Made by a program: the position numbers and the translations under genes
Source of the DNA: an uncultured delta proteobacterium
GTDB taxonomy: Bacteria > Myxococcota > Kuafuiibacteriia > Kuafuiibacteriales > Kuafuiibacteriaceae
Assembly: GCA_963803435.1 (NCBI GenBank)
Contig: CAWDML010000001.1
Location: 1,344,001-1,408,000 of the forward strand
Length of the DNA: 64,000 nucleotides
Direction: 5' to 3'
Notes under the pieces: generated by a model
Told to the model about the DNA's origin: nothing
The model's database searches: none
What the model saw: the letters and a program-made list of their open reading frames with translations, nothing else
Part shown: positions 22,206 through 31,943 of the stretch, piece by piece
How the letters are laid out: each line of letters begins with the position of its first letter
Position numbering within the stretch: position 1 is the first letter of the stretch

Positions 22206-23603
22206 GTGGACGGCCCCCTCGAACAGCAGCGAACGACCACCCGTCAGTCGCCGTTCGTGGACGAAGCAGGCCGGCCGCTGGCCTTTGCGAGCTGTGAGAT
22301 CGCGGTGATCGCCGGTCCGGATCGCGGGTGCGCGCTGACCACCGAGAAGCGCCTGATCCGGATCGGGGCCGCCGAGGACAACGATCTCCTCCTCACGGAC
22401 GAGGCGGTCAGCCGCTACCACCTGGAGGTCGAGATGCGGGACGGCGAGTACGTGGTGCTCGACGTCGGCTCCACCAACGGCACGTTCTCCGGGGCGCTCC
22501 AGGTCTCGGAAGCGACCCTGCGGGGCGTGACGGAGCTCCGGGTCGGAAACGATCTCCTGCGCTTCACGCCGCACGAGCACAGCGAGCGCGTCGCGCCCTC
22601 TCTGTCGCGCCGGTGTGGGGAGATGGTGGGCGCGTCCCCGCCGATGCGCGGCGTGTTCGGCCTGATCGAGCGCGTGGCGCCCACCGACCTTCCCGTCCTG
22701 GTCACGGGGGAGACCGGGACCGGCAAGGAGCTGGTCGCCCGGGCCATCCACGAGCTCGGCAGCCGCTCCCAGAAGGCGTTCGTCACCCTCGACTGCGGCG
22801 CGCTGCCGCCCACGCTGATCGAGAGCGCGCTGTTCGGCTACGAGCGCGGCGCCTTCACCGGGGCTGATCGCGCCTACGCGGGCGTGTTCGAGCGCGCCCA
22901 CGGCGGCACGCTGTTCCTCGACGAGCTGGGGGAGCTCCCCCTCGAGCTGCAGCCGAAGCTGCTGAGAGCGGTGGAGCGCGGCGAGATCGAGCGGCTCCGC
23001 GGTGACGGCACGGTCCGCGTCGACGTTCGCATCATCGCGGCCACCAACCGCTCGCTGGAGGAGATGGTCAGGGAGGGGAGATTCCGCTCCAATCTCTACT
23101 TCCGGCTGGCCGTGGTGCACCTGGCGCTGCCCCCGCTGCGCGAGCGGATGAGCGACCTGCCGCTCCTGATCGAGCACCTGCTCGAGCGGTTCAACGGAGA
23201 GCTGGCCGGCGGCAACCCCCGGACCTGGCGCTTCGACCCCGAGGCCCTCGACCTGCTGTCGAAGCACCCGTTTCCTGGCAACGTCCGCGAGCTCGCCAAC
23301 CTGGTGCGGCGGTCCGCGCTCCTCGCCCGGGGCGAGACGATCTCGGCGGCGGATCTCTCGCTGGAGCCGGCGAAGGTGCCGCCCGCGCCTGCGGACACAC
23401 CCCCGCCCGAGGACTGGGCCGGTCTCAGCTTCAAGGACGCCAAGTCGAAGCTGGTCGACCACTTCGAGCGCGAGTACCTGGAGCACGTCCTTCGCCGCCA
23501 TCGTTTCAACGTCTCGGGCGCCGCGCGCGAGGCCGGCATCGGACGCCGGCACTTCCACCGCCTGCTCGACAAGTACGGGATCTCGTCGAGGAAGGAGCCG
23601 TGA
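22206..23603 (+). CDS. FHA-domain sigma54-dependent enhancer-binding protein
   Basis: FHA (VSRYH, DVGSTNGT); GETGTGKE; GAFTGA; LFLDELGE; FPGNVREL; Fis-type HTH. Confidence 0.95.
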   Translation: MDGPLEQQRTTTRQSPFVDEAGRPLAFASCEIAVIAGPDRGCALTTEKRLIRIGAAEDNDLLLTDEAVSRYHLEVEMRDGEYVVLDVGSTNGTFSGALQVSEATLRGVTELRVGNDLLRFTPHEHSERVAPSLSRRCGEMVGASPPMRGVFGLIERVAPTDLPVLVTGETGTGKELVARAIHELGSRSQKAFVTLDCGALPPTLIESALFGYERGAFTGADRAYAGVFERAHGGTLFLDELGELPLELQPKLLRAVERGEIERLRGDGTVRVDVRIIAATNRSLEEMVREGRFRSNLYFRLAVVHLALPPLRERMSDLPLLIEHLLERFNGELAGGNPRTWRFDPEALDLLSKHPFPGNVRELANLVRRSALLARGETISAADLSLEPAKVPPAPADTPPPEDWAGLSFKDAKSKLVDHFEREYLEHVLRRHRFNVSGAAREAGIGRRHFHRLLDKYGISSRKEP

Positions 23604-25005
23604 ACCGCCGCGAGCTCACGAAGCCGATCCGGCTGACCGTCCCCGCGCGGCGCGTCTGTCCGGTGTGCGACGCCTCCGTCGAGGCGCTCGTCTGTCCGGC
23701 CGACGGCACCGCCACCCTCTCCCTGGAGGCGCCCGCCTCGATCCGGGTCGGCTCCAGTCCGGGCGCGTGGTCGCCGGTCGCTACCGGATCGAGAACCTCA
23801 TCGGCACGGGCGGCTTCGCCAAGGTCTTCCGCGCCACCCACACCGGCACCGGGCAATGCGTGGCGCTGAAGGTGCTCGACGGCACGGGCCTCGGCGACGA
23901 CGTGATGATGCTGCGCCGCTTCTTCCGGGAGGCGCGAGCGAGCGCGAGCCTGCGTCACCCCAACACCGTGCGCGTCTTCGACTTTGGCCAGGAGGAGGAC
24001 GGCACCGTCTACCTGGCGATGGAGCTGCTCACCGGCCGCACGCTGCGGGCCGAGCAGAAGAGCCGCCTGGCCGCGAGCGGATCGATCAGTGAGGTCGAGG
24101 CGGTCTCGATCGCGATCGCGGTGGCCCAGAGCCTGAGCGAGGCGCACTGCCTGGGACTGGTGCACCGCGACATCGGGCCGAACAACATCTTCCTGCACGA
24201 GGTCGCCGGCAGCGAGCCGGTGGTCAAGGTGCTGGACTTCGGCCTGGTGAAGGACGGCGGGCAGCCGCTCACGCGTGCCAACCAGCTCTTCGGCACGGCC
24301 GCCTACATGAGCCCGGAGCAGGCGCTCGGCAGGCGCGGCGACGCCAAGAGCGACCTCTACAGCCTTGGGATCCTGATGTGGTGGATGATCGCCGGCTCGC
24401 CTCCGTTCGCCGGCGGAACGCCAAAGGAGGTGATGCGCTGCCACGTCACCGAGTCCGTTCCACCCTTGAACGCGCGCGGCGGTGTGCCGGTCTCGAACGC
24501 GTTCGAGGCGGTCATCGCCTGTGCCACCGCGAAGGATCCGATCGATCGCTACGCCGACGCCCAGGAGATGCGCCGTGCGCTCGAGTCCTGCCGCGATGAG
24601 CTCGCACGTCACGAGCGATCACCCACGCTGGTCGCGGAGACGATGCTGCCCGAGGTCAAGACGCCGCGCCGCTGGAAGCGAGCTGCGCTGATCTCCGGGA
24701 CGATCTCGATCCTCGCCATGCTCGTCACGCTGACCCTGGCCCGAGAGGAGCCCCAGCCGGTCGCGATTCCCCGGGCGCCCACACCGGCGTCCGTCGAGAC
24801 CCCGGCGATCGTCGCGACCCCGCCGCCGGCCGAGCTGGAAGAGCCGTCCGAGCCGGCCGCCCCGCCCATCCCCGACGACGAGCGGCCGGCCCACAAGAGA
24901 AAGCCGACGCGATCGAGGCGGAGCGTCCGAAGGGTGCGGCCTCCCGCCGTCGAGCCCGACCCACCCGCACCGCCGCCGTCCTCGATCCTCACCACACCGA
25001 TCTGA
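23600..25005 (+). CDS. Hanks-type Ser/Thr protein kinase with N-terminal Zn-ribbon and TM, frameshift near 23755
   Basis: CPVC..CPADG N-terminus; IGTGGFAKV, VALK, VHRDIGPNN, DFG, YMSPEQ; TM followed by Pro-rich tail. Confidence 0.9.
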
Positions 25006-25008
25006 GCC

Positions 25009-25710
25009 ATGGTGCCCCAGGTCCTGCTGTTGTCCGTGCTGCTGTCGGGTGCTCCGCCGGCCCCGTCACCGACGCCGGAGATGCTCCACCAGGCCGAGAT
25101 CCAAGCCGCCAAGGCCCTGGCGTCCTGGGAAGCGAAGGCCTTCTCCCGGGCGGCCCAGTACTTCCTGGAGGCCTACGCGCTCTCGGGCGAGCCGACCCAG
25201 CTCCGGAACGCGGCCAAGGCGCTCGAGTCGGCCGGCTCGCGCGACGAGGCGACCAGCGCGTGGCGCCAGCTCCTCGAGCGCACCGACCTGACGGACGCGC
25301 AGCGGGCGGAGGCCGAGGCGCGGATCGCGGCGCTCGCGGAGGAGGAGGAGACCAGACCAATCGACCCAGCTCCGCCGCCAATCGTCGCACCGCCCCTGGA
25401 TCCGGTGGCGGTGACAGTCGCGGTGCCCCCGGCGGCGCCGGCCTGGCCCCCGTGGTTGCTCGCGGCTTCGGGCGTGGCGGCGGCGGCGGCCGGCGGCGTG
25501 CTGTACTGGAGATCCGCGGACGAGCTCGGCGCCCTGCAGGATCTCCTCGCGATCACGGACGACCAAGGCCTGATCGTCGGAGTTCAACACGACGAGGCCG
25601 TCCGGATGCGACGTCGCATCAACGGCCTGAGAGCCAGCGGCGTGGTGGCGCTCTCGCTCGGGATCACCTGTGCGCTCGCGGGGGTGTCCTGGTGGTGGCT
25701 CGAGTGGTGA
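25009..25710 (+). CDS. Exported TPR protein with C-terminal membrane segments
   Basis: AAQYFLEAYALSGEPTQLRNAAKA TPR-like helix pair; Pro-rich linker; hydrophobic C-terminus. Confidence 0.75.
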   Translation: MVPQVLLLSVLLSGAPPAPSPTPEMLHQAEIQAAKALASWEAKAFSRAAQYFLEAYALSGEPTQLRNAAKALESAGSRDEATSAWRQLLERTDLTDAQRAEAEARIAALAEEEETRPIDPAPPPIVAPPLDPVAVTVAVPPAAPAWPPWLLAASGVAAAAAGGVLYWRSADELGALQDLLAITDDQGLIVGVQHDEAVRMRRRINGLRASGVVALSLGITCALAGVSWWWLEW

Positions 25711-26867
25711 GATCGGTGCTCCTCACCGCGGTGGCCGGCTGCGCGCTCGCGGGGTGCGTCGACCTCCCGCTGCTGCCGAGCGAGTTCGCCTGCGGCACGG
25801 GCGGGCCGTGCGCGGAGGACGCCACCGGGGACGCCGGGGCGAAGGACGCGTTCGGACGTGCGGACGCGTCGGACGGAGACGTCGCCGCGGACGCGGGCAG
25901 CGACGTCGACAGCGGTGCGGACGACGCGGGCAATGCGTGCGCTGCGGGTCCGAGCGGGAGCTGGCGCCTGCTGGCCGTGACCGGCGCGATCCCCCGCTCG
26001 GGTCACTCCGCGGTGGTCGACACCATGCGAAACCGCGCGCTCGTGTTCGGCGGCGCGGGCGCAGACTCGCGGCTGATGGCGTTCTCGGCCGGCACGCTCG
26101 CGTTCGAGCCTGTGGTCCTCACCTCCACGTCCCCGCCGCCGCGCCGCGAGCACGCCGCCGCCTACAACGATGAGGAGGACGGCGAGGTGATGATCTTCGG
26201 CGGCCTCGATCCTTCCAGCAGCGAGCTCGACGACGCCTGGCGCCTCTCGTTCGTCAACTCTGAGTGGATCTTCGAGGGGAACCTCCAGTCGCCGCGACAC
26301 GGGGCGGCCGCGGCCGTGCTCCAGTCCGTGGTCGACTACATCGCGATCCTGGGCGGCTGCGACGCCGGCGGGCCGGTCGCCGCCGATCAGTCCTTCGACG
26401 TCATCATCAACAGCGTCGGGCCTCTCACCAGCAACGCGCCGAAGCCGACTCCACGCTGTGATCAGACCGCCACGTTTGTCCCGAACCTGGGCACGCTCGT
26501 CTTCGGCGGGCGAAACACCCAGGCGCTCGACGATCTCTGGTCGCTGCGGGAGGACACCTCCTCGCTCCCGTTCACGCGCAACTGGACGCGCCTCGCCTCG
26601 GGCCCGGCCCGCTTCGGTCACACCGCGGTCTTCGACGCCGCCCACAACCGGCTGCTGGTGTTCGGCGGCATCGACGCGAGCGGCGCGCGCCTTCAGGACA
26701 CACAGGCGTACTCGATCGACAACGGCTGCTGGGCCCGGCTGAGCCCCAGCGGAGGCGGGCCCTCCGCGCGCGCTCAGCACGCCGCGTTCATGCTGAACGG
26801 GATGATGTACGTGTATGGCGGGGATGACGGCAGCACGCGCGACGACGTCTGGGAGCTCTCGTTCTGA
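25707..26867 (+). CDS. Kelch-repeat (beta-propeller) lipoprotein
   Basis: ALAGC lipobox, DAG linker, about six PR.GH.A...(L/I)FGG...D.W repeats. Confidence 0.88.
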   Translation: MRSVLLTAVAGCALAGCVDLPLLPSEFACGTGGPCAEDATGDAGAKDAFGRADASDGDVAADAGSDVDSGADDAGNACAAGPSGSWRLLAVTGAIPRSGHSAVVDTMRNRALVFGGAGADSRLMAFSAGTLAFEPVVLTSTSPPPRREHAAAYNDEEDGEVMIFGGLDPSSSELDDAWRLSFVNSEWIFEGNLQSPRHGAAAAVLQSVVDYIAILGGCDAGGPVAADQSFDVIINSVGPLTSNAPKPTPRCDQTATFVPNLGTLVFGGRNTQALDDLWSLREDTSSLPFTRNWTRLASGPARFGHTAVFDAAHNRLLVFGGIDASGARLQDTQAYSIDNGCWARLSPSGGGPSARAQHAAFMLNGMMYVYGGDDGSTRDDVWELSF

Positions 26868-26872
26868 CGGGA

Positions 26873-27499
26873 TCAGATCCCGCTGCAGGCATCGAACGCC
26901 GCGGTGCAGCCGCTCTCGTCACGACACTGATCGCAGGCCGCCGAGTTGGAGCCGGCGCAGGACGTGAGGCAGTTCTGGATCGCACACGTCGTCACTTGGA
27001 CGTAGCACTCGGTGCAGTCCGGGGAGAGGCCGACGTCGTTGATGATGCAGTTGCGCGTGCAGGTGGGGCCGCCGAAGCAGCCGCTGGCACAGGTCTCGAC
27101 GCCCGCGGGGACGTCGGTGGTCATGTGGATGGTGGAGTCGGCGGTGTTCGTGCAGGCGCCGGAGGCGCCGGTGTCGGGCGTGCCGGTATCGGCTGTGCCG
27201 GTGTCGGCCGTACCGGCGTCGACCTCTCCACCCGCGTCGACCTCTCCACCCGCGTCGACCTCTCCGCCCGCGTCGACCTCAGCGCCGGCGTCGGCGACGA
27301 TGCCGGAGTCCTCGTCGGTGCCGGCGTCCGCGAGCAGGCCGGAGTCGACGGGCGTGCCGCTGTCCTTGGGCGGAGCGCCGGAGTCGTCCGGGCTGGCGCC
27401 GGAGTCGGGAGGGACGCCGGAGTCGGTCAGAACCCCGGGCTCGGTGCCCCCGCAGCCGGCGGCGAGGGCGAAGGCGACGAGGAGGAGGCGATGCTTCAT
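26873..27499 (-). CDS. Cys-rich lipoprotein (14-Cys C-terminal domain, DSG/DAG linker), paralog 1
   Basis: MKHRLLLVAFALAAGC lipobox; low-complexity linker; C-terminal domain very similar to that of 61525-61989. Confidence 0.85.
   Translation of the reverse strand: MKHRLLLVAFALAAGCGGTEPGVLTDSGVPPDSGASPDDSGAPPKDSGTPVDSGLLADAGTDEDSGIVADAGAEVDAGGEVDAGGEVDAGGEVDAGTADTGTADTGTPDTGASGACTNTADSTIHMTTDVPAGVETCASGCFGGPTCTRNCIINDVGLSPDCTECYVQVTTCAIQNCLTSCAGSNSAACDQCRDESGCTAAFDACSGI
27216..27280. repeat. 18-bp tandem repeat, about 3.6 copies, encoding EVDAGG on the minus strand
   Basis: GCGTCGACCTCTCC(A/G)CCC repeated. Confidence 0.9.
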
Positions 27500-27512
27500 G
27501 GCGCCGCACCGC

Positions 27513-27528
27513 TGCAACCGATGTGCCC
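27513..27528 (-). promoter_or_regulatory. Sigma54 promoter of Cys-rich paralog 1
   Basis: GGGCACATCGGTTGCA matches GGCAC-N5-TTGCA; conserved upstream of paralog 2. Confidence 0.75.
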
Positions 27529-27688
27529 CGAAGCCCCGACCGGAGGGAGCGCCGTCACGTGGGCTGTGGAGGGCCCAGGTGAGCCGCCGCCTTCGCCGGG
27601 AACGGGCCTGTTGCGCCGGCACCTCGGGATCCCGGCGAGATGTCGCGACGCCCGCGCGAGGGATCCGGAACGCGCGGAACCGCGACCA

Positions 27689-27704
27689 TGGTCCGCGCCT
27701 TGCA
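27689..27704 (+). promoter_or_regulatory. Sigma54 promoter candidate
   Basis: TGGTCCGCGCCTTGCA = GG-N10-GC; ATG follows 14 nt after the -12 C. Confidence 0.5.
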
Positions 27705-27716
27705 CACGGGGCGCGC

Positions 27717-28196
27717 ATGTCACCGGCCAAGCTCGCACCCCTCGTCGCGCTCTCGCTCTTCTTCATCTCTTCTCCAGCCCGGGCGCAGGGCGAGGTCCTC
27801 CCGGTGCTCGGCCTGTTCATCGTGGCGGAGGGCGCCGTCGTGATCGCAGGGACGGTGACGGGGATCGGGACGGGCATCCAGCTCGGGCGAGACGAGCCCA
27901 GGATCGGCTGGCCGATCGCCTCGTTCGTCACCGGCGGGCTCGGGGTGGCGTACGGCGGGCTCCTCACCTTCGTGTTCGCGCAGGACGGCTCGGTCGAGCC
28001 GGGTCTGTGGGCGTTCGCGCTCGTGCCGCTCGCCGTCGGTATCACGAACCTGTCCCTCGCCATCGCCACCCTGGTGAAGCGGAGCAATGCGCGGGCGGAG
28101 CCGGAGCTGGAGGAGAACGACTGGGTGGTAGCGCCGCTCCTCCTCGACGGACGAGCCGGCGCAGCGCCCGGGATCGGCGCGGCGATCCGCTTCTGA
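27717..28196 (+). CDS. Hypothetical membrane or outer-membrane protein
   Basis: Signal peptide (PARAQ), three Gly-rich hydrophobic segments, ends GAAIRF. Confidence 0.7.
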   Translation: MSPAKLAPLVALSLFFISSPARAQGEVLPVLGLFIVAEGAVVIAGTVTGIGTGIQLGRDEPRIGWPIASFVTGGLGVAYGGLLTFVFAQDGSVEPGLWAFALVPLAVGITNLSLAIATLVKRSNARAEPELEENDWVVAPLLLDGRAGAAPGIGAAIRF

Positions 28197-28208
28197 CCGG
28201 AGCGGGCC

Positions 28209-29336
28209 TCAGACCTTCGGCGCAGGGATGCTGACGCGGACCAGGTCGGGCACCTGACCATCGCCGAAGTTCTTCGCCCTCGCCACGAAGCTGTCGGTCA
28301 CCTGATAGCCGCGAGCCACCAGCAGGATGCCGGAGTGCATGCGGACGTCGTCGACGAAGGTCATGCCCGGCTCCACCAGCCTGAGCGGAATCTCGCGGAT
28401 CTGCTCCTTGAGCTCGCCGCCGATCAGGTCAGCGAAGCGGGCGAGGATCTGCGCGTCGTACCGCTCGTGCCGGGCTCGGAGGATCGCGATCGCCTCTGCC
28501 TTGGGGACACCGCGGGACTCGATGTTGTCGAACTCGAGCGCGACGCGAAGCACGCGCCCGCCGAGCGTGCGCGGCGCCGGCAACGACAGCTCGCCGAGGA
28601 GATCGATCACCGGATCGAGGCGGGGAATGCTCCCCAGGATCCTGCGCGCGACCCCGGGGAGCTCGTCGACGGAACGCTGCTCCTCGGGCGTGAGCGGCTC
28701 GCCGTTGTGCGCCTTCCTCAGCGTCTCCTCGGGGAGCGTGATCGCGCCGATCTCGACCAGCATCGCCGCGACCTCGATGTGCCAGCGATTCTTCTCGCCC
28801 ATCGAGTCGAGCAGCATCGCCACGTGCTTCTTGATCCGGTTGGCGCGTCCGAAGGCGACCGGATGCGTGAGCGAGAGGATGTCGCCGAGCATCTGGACGC
28901 AGCCGTGCAACGTCTGCTCTAGGAGCTCCTTCTCGGCGGTGATCAATCGGTTCTGCTCGACAGCCGCATGAACGCTGCCGAGCAGCTGCTCGGGGGAGCA
29001 CGGCTTGGTGAGGAAGCGGAAGATCTGGCCCTCGTTCACCGCCGACACCGCCGACTTGAGATCTGCGTAGCCCGTCAGCAGGATGCGAACGGTGTCGGGC
29101 GAGATCTCGCGCACGCGCTTGAGGAACTCGGCGCCGTTCATCTGCGGCATCCGCATGTCGGAGATGACCACCGCGCAGGGAGCCGCCTGGATCTGTTCGA
29201 GCCCGGCCGCGGCGCTGTTCGCCATCACCAGATCGAACCGCCGCAGGATCGGGACCAGGCCCTCCAGAACGCGCGGTTCGTCGTCGACGCAGAGCACCCG
29301 TGGCCCGACGGTTCTCTTGGCACTCCGTTCACGCAC
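28209..29336 (-). CDS. Response regulator with degenerate HD/HD-GYP-like output domain
   Basis: VLCVDDE, ISDMRMP, LLTGYAD, FLTKP; AAMLVEIG where HDIG is expected. Confidence 0.85.
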   Translation of the reverse strand: MRERSAKRTVGPRVLCVDDEPRVLEGLVPILRRFDLVMANSAAAGLEQIQAAPCAVVISDMRMPQMNGAEFLKRVREISPDTVRILLTGYADLKSAVSAVNEGQIFRFLTKPCSPEQLLGSVHAAVEQNRLITAEKELLEQTLHGCVQMLGDILSLTHPVAFGRANRIKKHVAMLLDSMGEKNRWHIEVAAMLVEIGAITLPEETLRKAHNGEPLTPEEQRSVDELPGVARRILGSIPRLDPVIDLLGELSLPAPRTLGGRVLRVALEFDNIESRGVPKAEAIAILRARHERYDAQILARFADLIGGELKEQIREIPLRLVEPGMTFVDDVRMHSGILLVARGYQVTDSFVARAKNFGDGQVPDLVRVSIPAPKV

Positions 29337-30504
29337 AGCCGTCTCTCTCCTCTCGCGCGAGCTTCGACCAGCGTTCGAGTCGATCGAGGCACTCGATCTG
29401 CTCCAGGTACGCGAGGTCGAGACCAGTGTGATCGTCGGGACTGACGGCGAGCACGTCGGCGACGTGGACAGCGCCCACCAGGTTGAGCCCCTCGCTCGCG
29501 ACGCGGCTCGGGTGGTGGTGGTTGGCGGTCGCCTCCACGACGGAGAACGGCAGCCCCCAGAGGCCGAGCAGGTACGCGCCGATCTCGGCGTGCGTGACGC
29601 CCCAGTGCTCCTCCTCGATCTCGTTGACGGGCCGGCTCTCCCGGCGCGCGGTCTCGAGCACTCCGGCGAACTCCACCGGGAGCTTCTTCGCCAGCACCAG
29701 CTGGCCGATGTCGTGCACCAGGCCGGTGAGAAAGGCCTGCTCCTTGCGCGACCGCTCCTCCACCATGCGGGCGGCGAGGCGCGCCGTCAGCACCGAGTGC
29801 TGCTGGAGGGCGTCCGGCGAGAAGCCTGGCAGCTCTGGATAGGGCTCCCCGTGGAAGATCCCGTTGAGCAGCACCAGGTTCTTGACCATGGCGAAGCCGA
29901 GATAACCGACGGCCTGAGTGGTGTTGGTGATCGAGCGGCCCAGGCGGAAGAACGCCGAGCTCACCACCTGGAGTAGCTTGGCCGACATCGCCATGTCCCG
30001 CTCCACGATCTTGGCCACGTCCGTGGCGCTGGTCCGCTCGTCGTTGAGCGCAAGGGTGAGCTCGCTGTACGTGGCCGGCAGAGGCGGCAGGTTGTCCAGC
30101 GTCCCCACGGCGCTCCGGATGCGCTCCTCGCCAATCAGGAGCTGGAGGCTGATCGCCCGCTCGACCGTCTCCTCGAGCACGGCCGGATCGCAGGGCTTGG
30201 AGAGGTACTGGTGGGCGACGGGGAGCGATCGCATCGCCGCGTCGGTGTCCGCGTATCCGGAGAGGACGATCCGGACGGTGTCCGGCTGGATCTCCTTGGC
30301 TTTGGACAGGAGGGTCGCTCCGTCCATGCCGGGCATGCGCATGTCCGTGACCACGGCGTCGAACCGCGCCTCCCGCAGGCGCTCGAGCGCCGCCTCGGGT
30401 CCGGGCGCGAAGACCATGTCCCACTCCTTACGCTTGTGGCGCAGGAGTACCCGGAGTCCCTCGAGAATGCGCTCCTCGTCGTCCACGAACAGGAGTCGTC
30501 TCAC
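29329..30504 (-). CDS. REC-HDOD response regulator
   Basis: LLFVDDE, TDMRMP; LPPLP, AKLLQVVSSAFF, GLVHDIG, THAEIGAYLLGLWGLP. Confidence 0.92.
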   Translation of the reverse strand: MRRLLFVDDEERILEGLRVLLRHKRKEWDMVFAPGPEAALERLREARFDAVVTDMRMPGMDGATLLSKAKEIQPDTVRIVLSGYADTDAAMRSLPVAHQYLSKPCDPAVLEETVERAISLQLLIGEERIRSAVGTLDNLPPLPATYSELTLALNDERTSATDVAKIVERDMAMSAKLLQVVSSAFFRLGRSITNTTQAVGYLGFAMVKNLVLLNGIFHGEPYPELPGFSPDALQQHSVLTARLAARMVEERSRKEQAFLTGLVHDIGQLVLAKKLPVEFAGVLETARRESRPVNEIEEEHWGVTHAEIGAYLLGLWGLPFSVVEATANHHHPSRVASEGLNLVGAVHVADVLAVSPDDHTGLDLAYLEQIECLDRLERWSKLAREERDGCA

Positions 30505-31943
30505 GCCGCTTCTCCTTCCGCCGGCTCCGAAGAGGCGTGAAGGCGGACGAAGAACGTCGTGCCTCGACCCGCCTCGGTCACGAAGTCGAGCTTTCCGCCG
30601 TGCTTCTCGACGACGATCGCCCGCGAGATCGCGAGGCCTTGACCGGTGCCGCGTCCGACCTCCTTCGTCGTGAAGAACGGATCGAAGATGCGTCCCTGGA
30701 TCGCCTCCGGGATCCCGCCTCCGGTGTCCTCGATCTCGACCACCACGTCGTCTCCGTCCTGGCGGGTCCGCACCGTGATCGTGCCTCGATCATCGATACC
30801 GCTGCCCAGATCGCTGATCGCGTGCGCTGCGTTGACGATCAGGTTGAGGAACACCTGATTGAGATCGCTGATGTAGCAGCTGACCGGCGCGATCTCGCCG
30901 AGCTCCATCTGCAGGTCGGCCACGTACTTGTACTCGTTGCGGGCGACGGTGACCGTGTTCTTGAGCGCGTTGTTGAGATCGGCGGGGGTCTTCTCACCGT
31001 AGTCCTGTGGATGGGCAAACTCCTTCATGGCCCGCACGATGGTGGCGACGCGGTCGGTGCCGTCGAAGACGCGCTCGAACGCCTTCGGCACTTGCTCGCG
31101 CAGGAACTCGAGGTCCGCGTCGTCCTCGGCCTGCTCGATCCGCTCGACGACTTCGTCCTCGTCCGGGAGCTCCCTCCGGTAGGTTTCGAGCAGGCTGAAC
31201 ACGTCCTTGAAGGCGCGGTGGAGGAAGTGGACGCTGTCGCCCACATACTGGATCGGCGTGTTGATCTCGTGCGCGATGCCGGCGGCGAGCTGACCGACCG
31301 CCTCCAGCTTCTGGGCGAGGCGCAGCTCTCCCTCCATCCGTTGGCGCTCCTCGATCTCGCGGGAGAGGTGCTCGTTGGCGACCTCGACCTCGCGCGTCCG
31401 GCGTCGCACCAGCTCGTCGAGGCTCGCCAGCCGCTCCATCTGCGCCTGATGGAGCGACCACTTCCGCGACAGGGTCTGGGCCATCTGCCGCACCTCGACG
31501 CTGTCGAACGGCTTCTTGAGCACCAGACCGTCGCGGGCTCCGAGGCTTCCGGCGATGTCGGACCAGGTGTGGTCGGAGTAGGCGGTGCAGATGACGATCT
31601 GGAGATACGGATCGGCGGCCCAGAGGCGCTCGGTGGTCTCGAGGCCGTCCCAACCGGGTGGCATGCGCATGTCGATGAACGCCACCGCGAAGCGCGCGTT
31701 CTCTGACACGCTCTTCTCCACCAGCGCGAGCGCCTCGCGTCCCTGGTAGGCGGAGGTGATCTGGAACGAGCTCACGGGTCTCGGTGCCTCGACACCGAAG
31801 AGCTCGGCGCGCAGGTCGTCGAGCTCGCCCCCGTCGCGCGTGCTCCCGGCCAGCACCTTGCTGATGTCCTCGTGGATCGCCGGGTTGTCGTCGACGACCA
31901 GGACTCGATGGTTGGTGAACTCCTCGAAGGTGGACGTCAACAT
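30501..31943 (-). CDS. Cytoplasmic REC-histidine kinase (NtrB-like)
   Basis: VLVVDDN, IDMRMPPG; H-box AGIAHEINTP; NLIVNA, DTGGG, FFTTK, GTGQGL. Confidence 0.92.
   Translation of the reverse strand: MLTSTFEEFTNHRVLVVDDNPAIHEDISKVLAGSTRDGGELDDLRAELFGVEAPRPVSSFQITSAYQGREALALVEKSVSENARFAVAFIDMRMPPGWDGLETTERLWAADPYLQIVICTAYSDHTWSDIAGSLGARDGLVLKKPFDSVEVRQMAQTLSRKWSLHQAQMERLASLDELVRRRTREVEVANEHLSREIEERQRMEGELRLAQKLEAVGQLAAGIAHEINTPIQYVGDSVHFLHRAFKDVFSLLETYRRELPDEDEVVERIEQAEDDADLEFLREQVPKAFERVFDGTDRVATIVRAMKEFAHPQDYGEKTPADLNNALKNTVTVARNEYKYVADLQMELGEIAPVSCYISDLNQVFLNLIVNAAHAISDLGSGIDDRGTITVRTRQDGDDVVVEIEDTGGGIPEAIQGRIFDPFFTTKEVGRGTGQGLAISRAIVVEKHGGKLDFVTEAGRGTTFFVRLHASSEPAEGEAA

Noticed and set aside
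27150-27430. Repeat array as CRISPR or a mobile repeat
   Set aside because: In-frame coding repeats (DAG/DSG/DTG stalk) with no unique spacers; no cas genes
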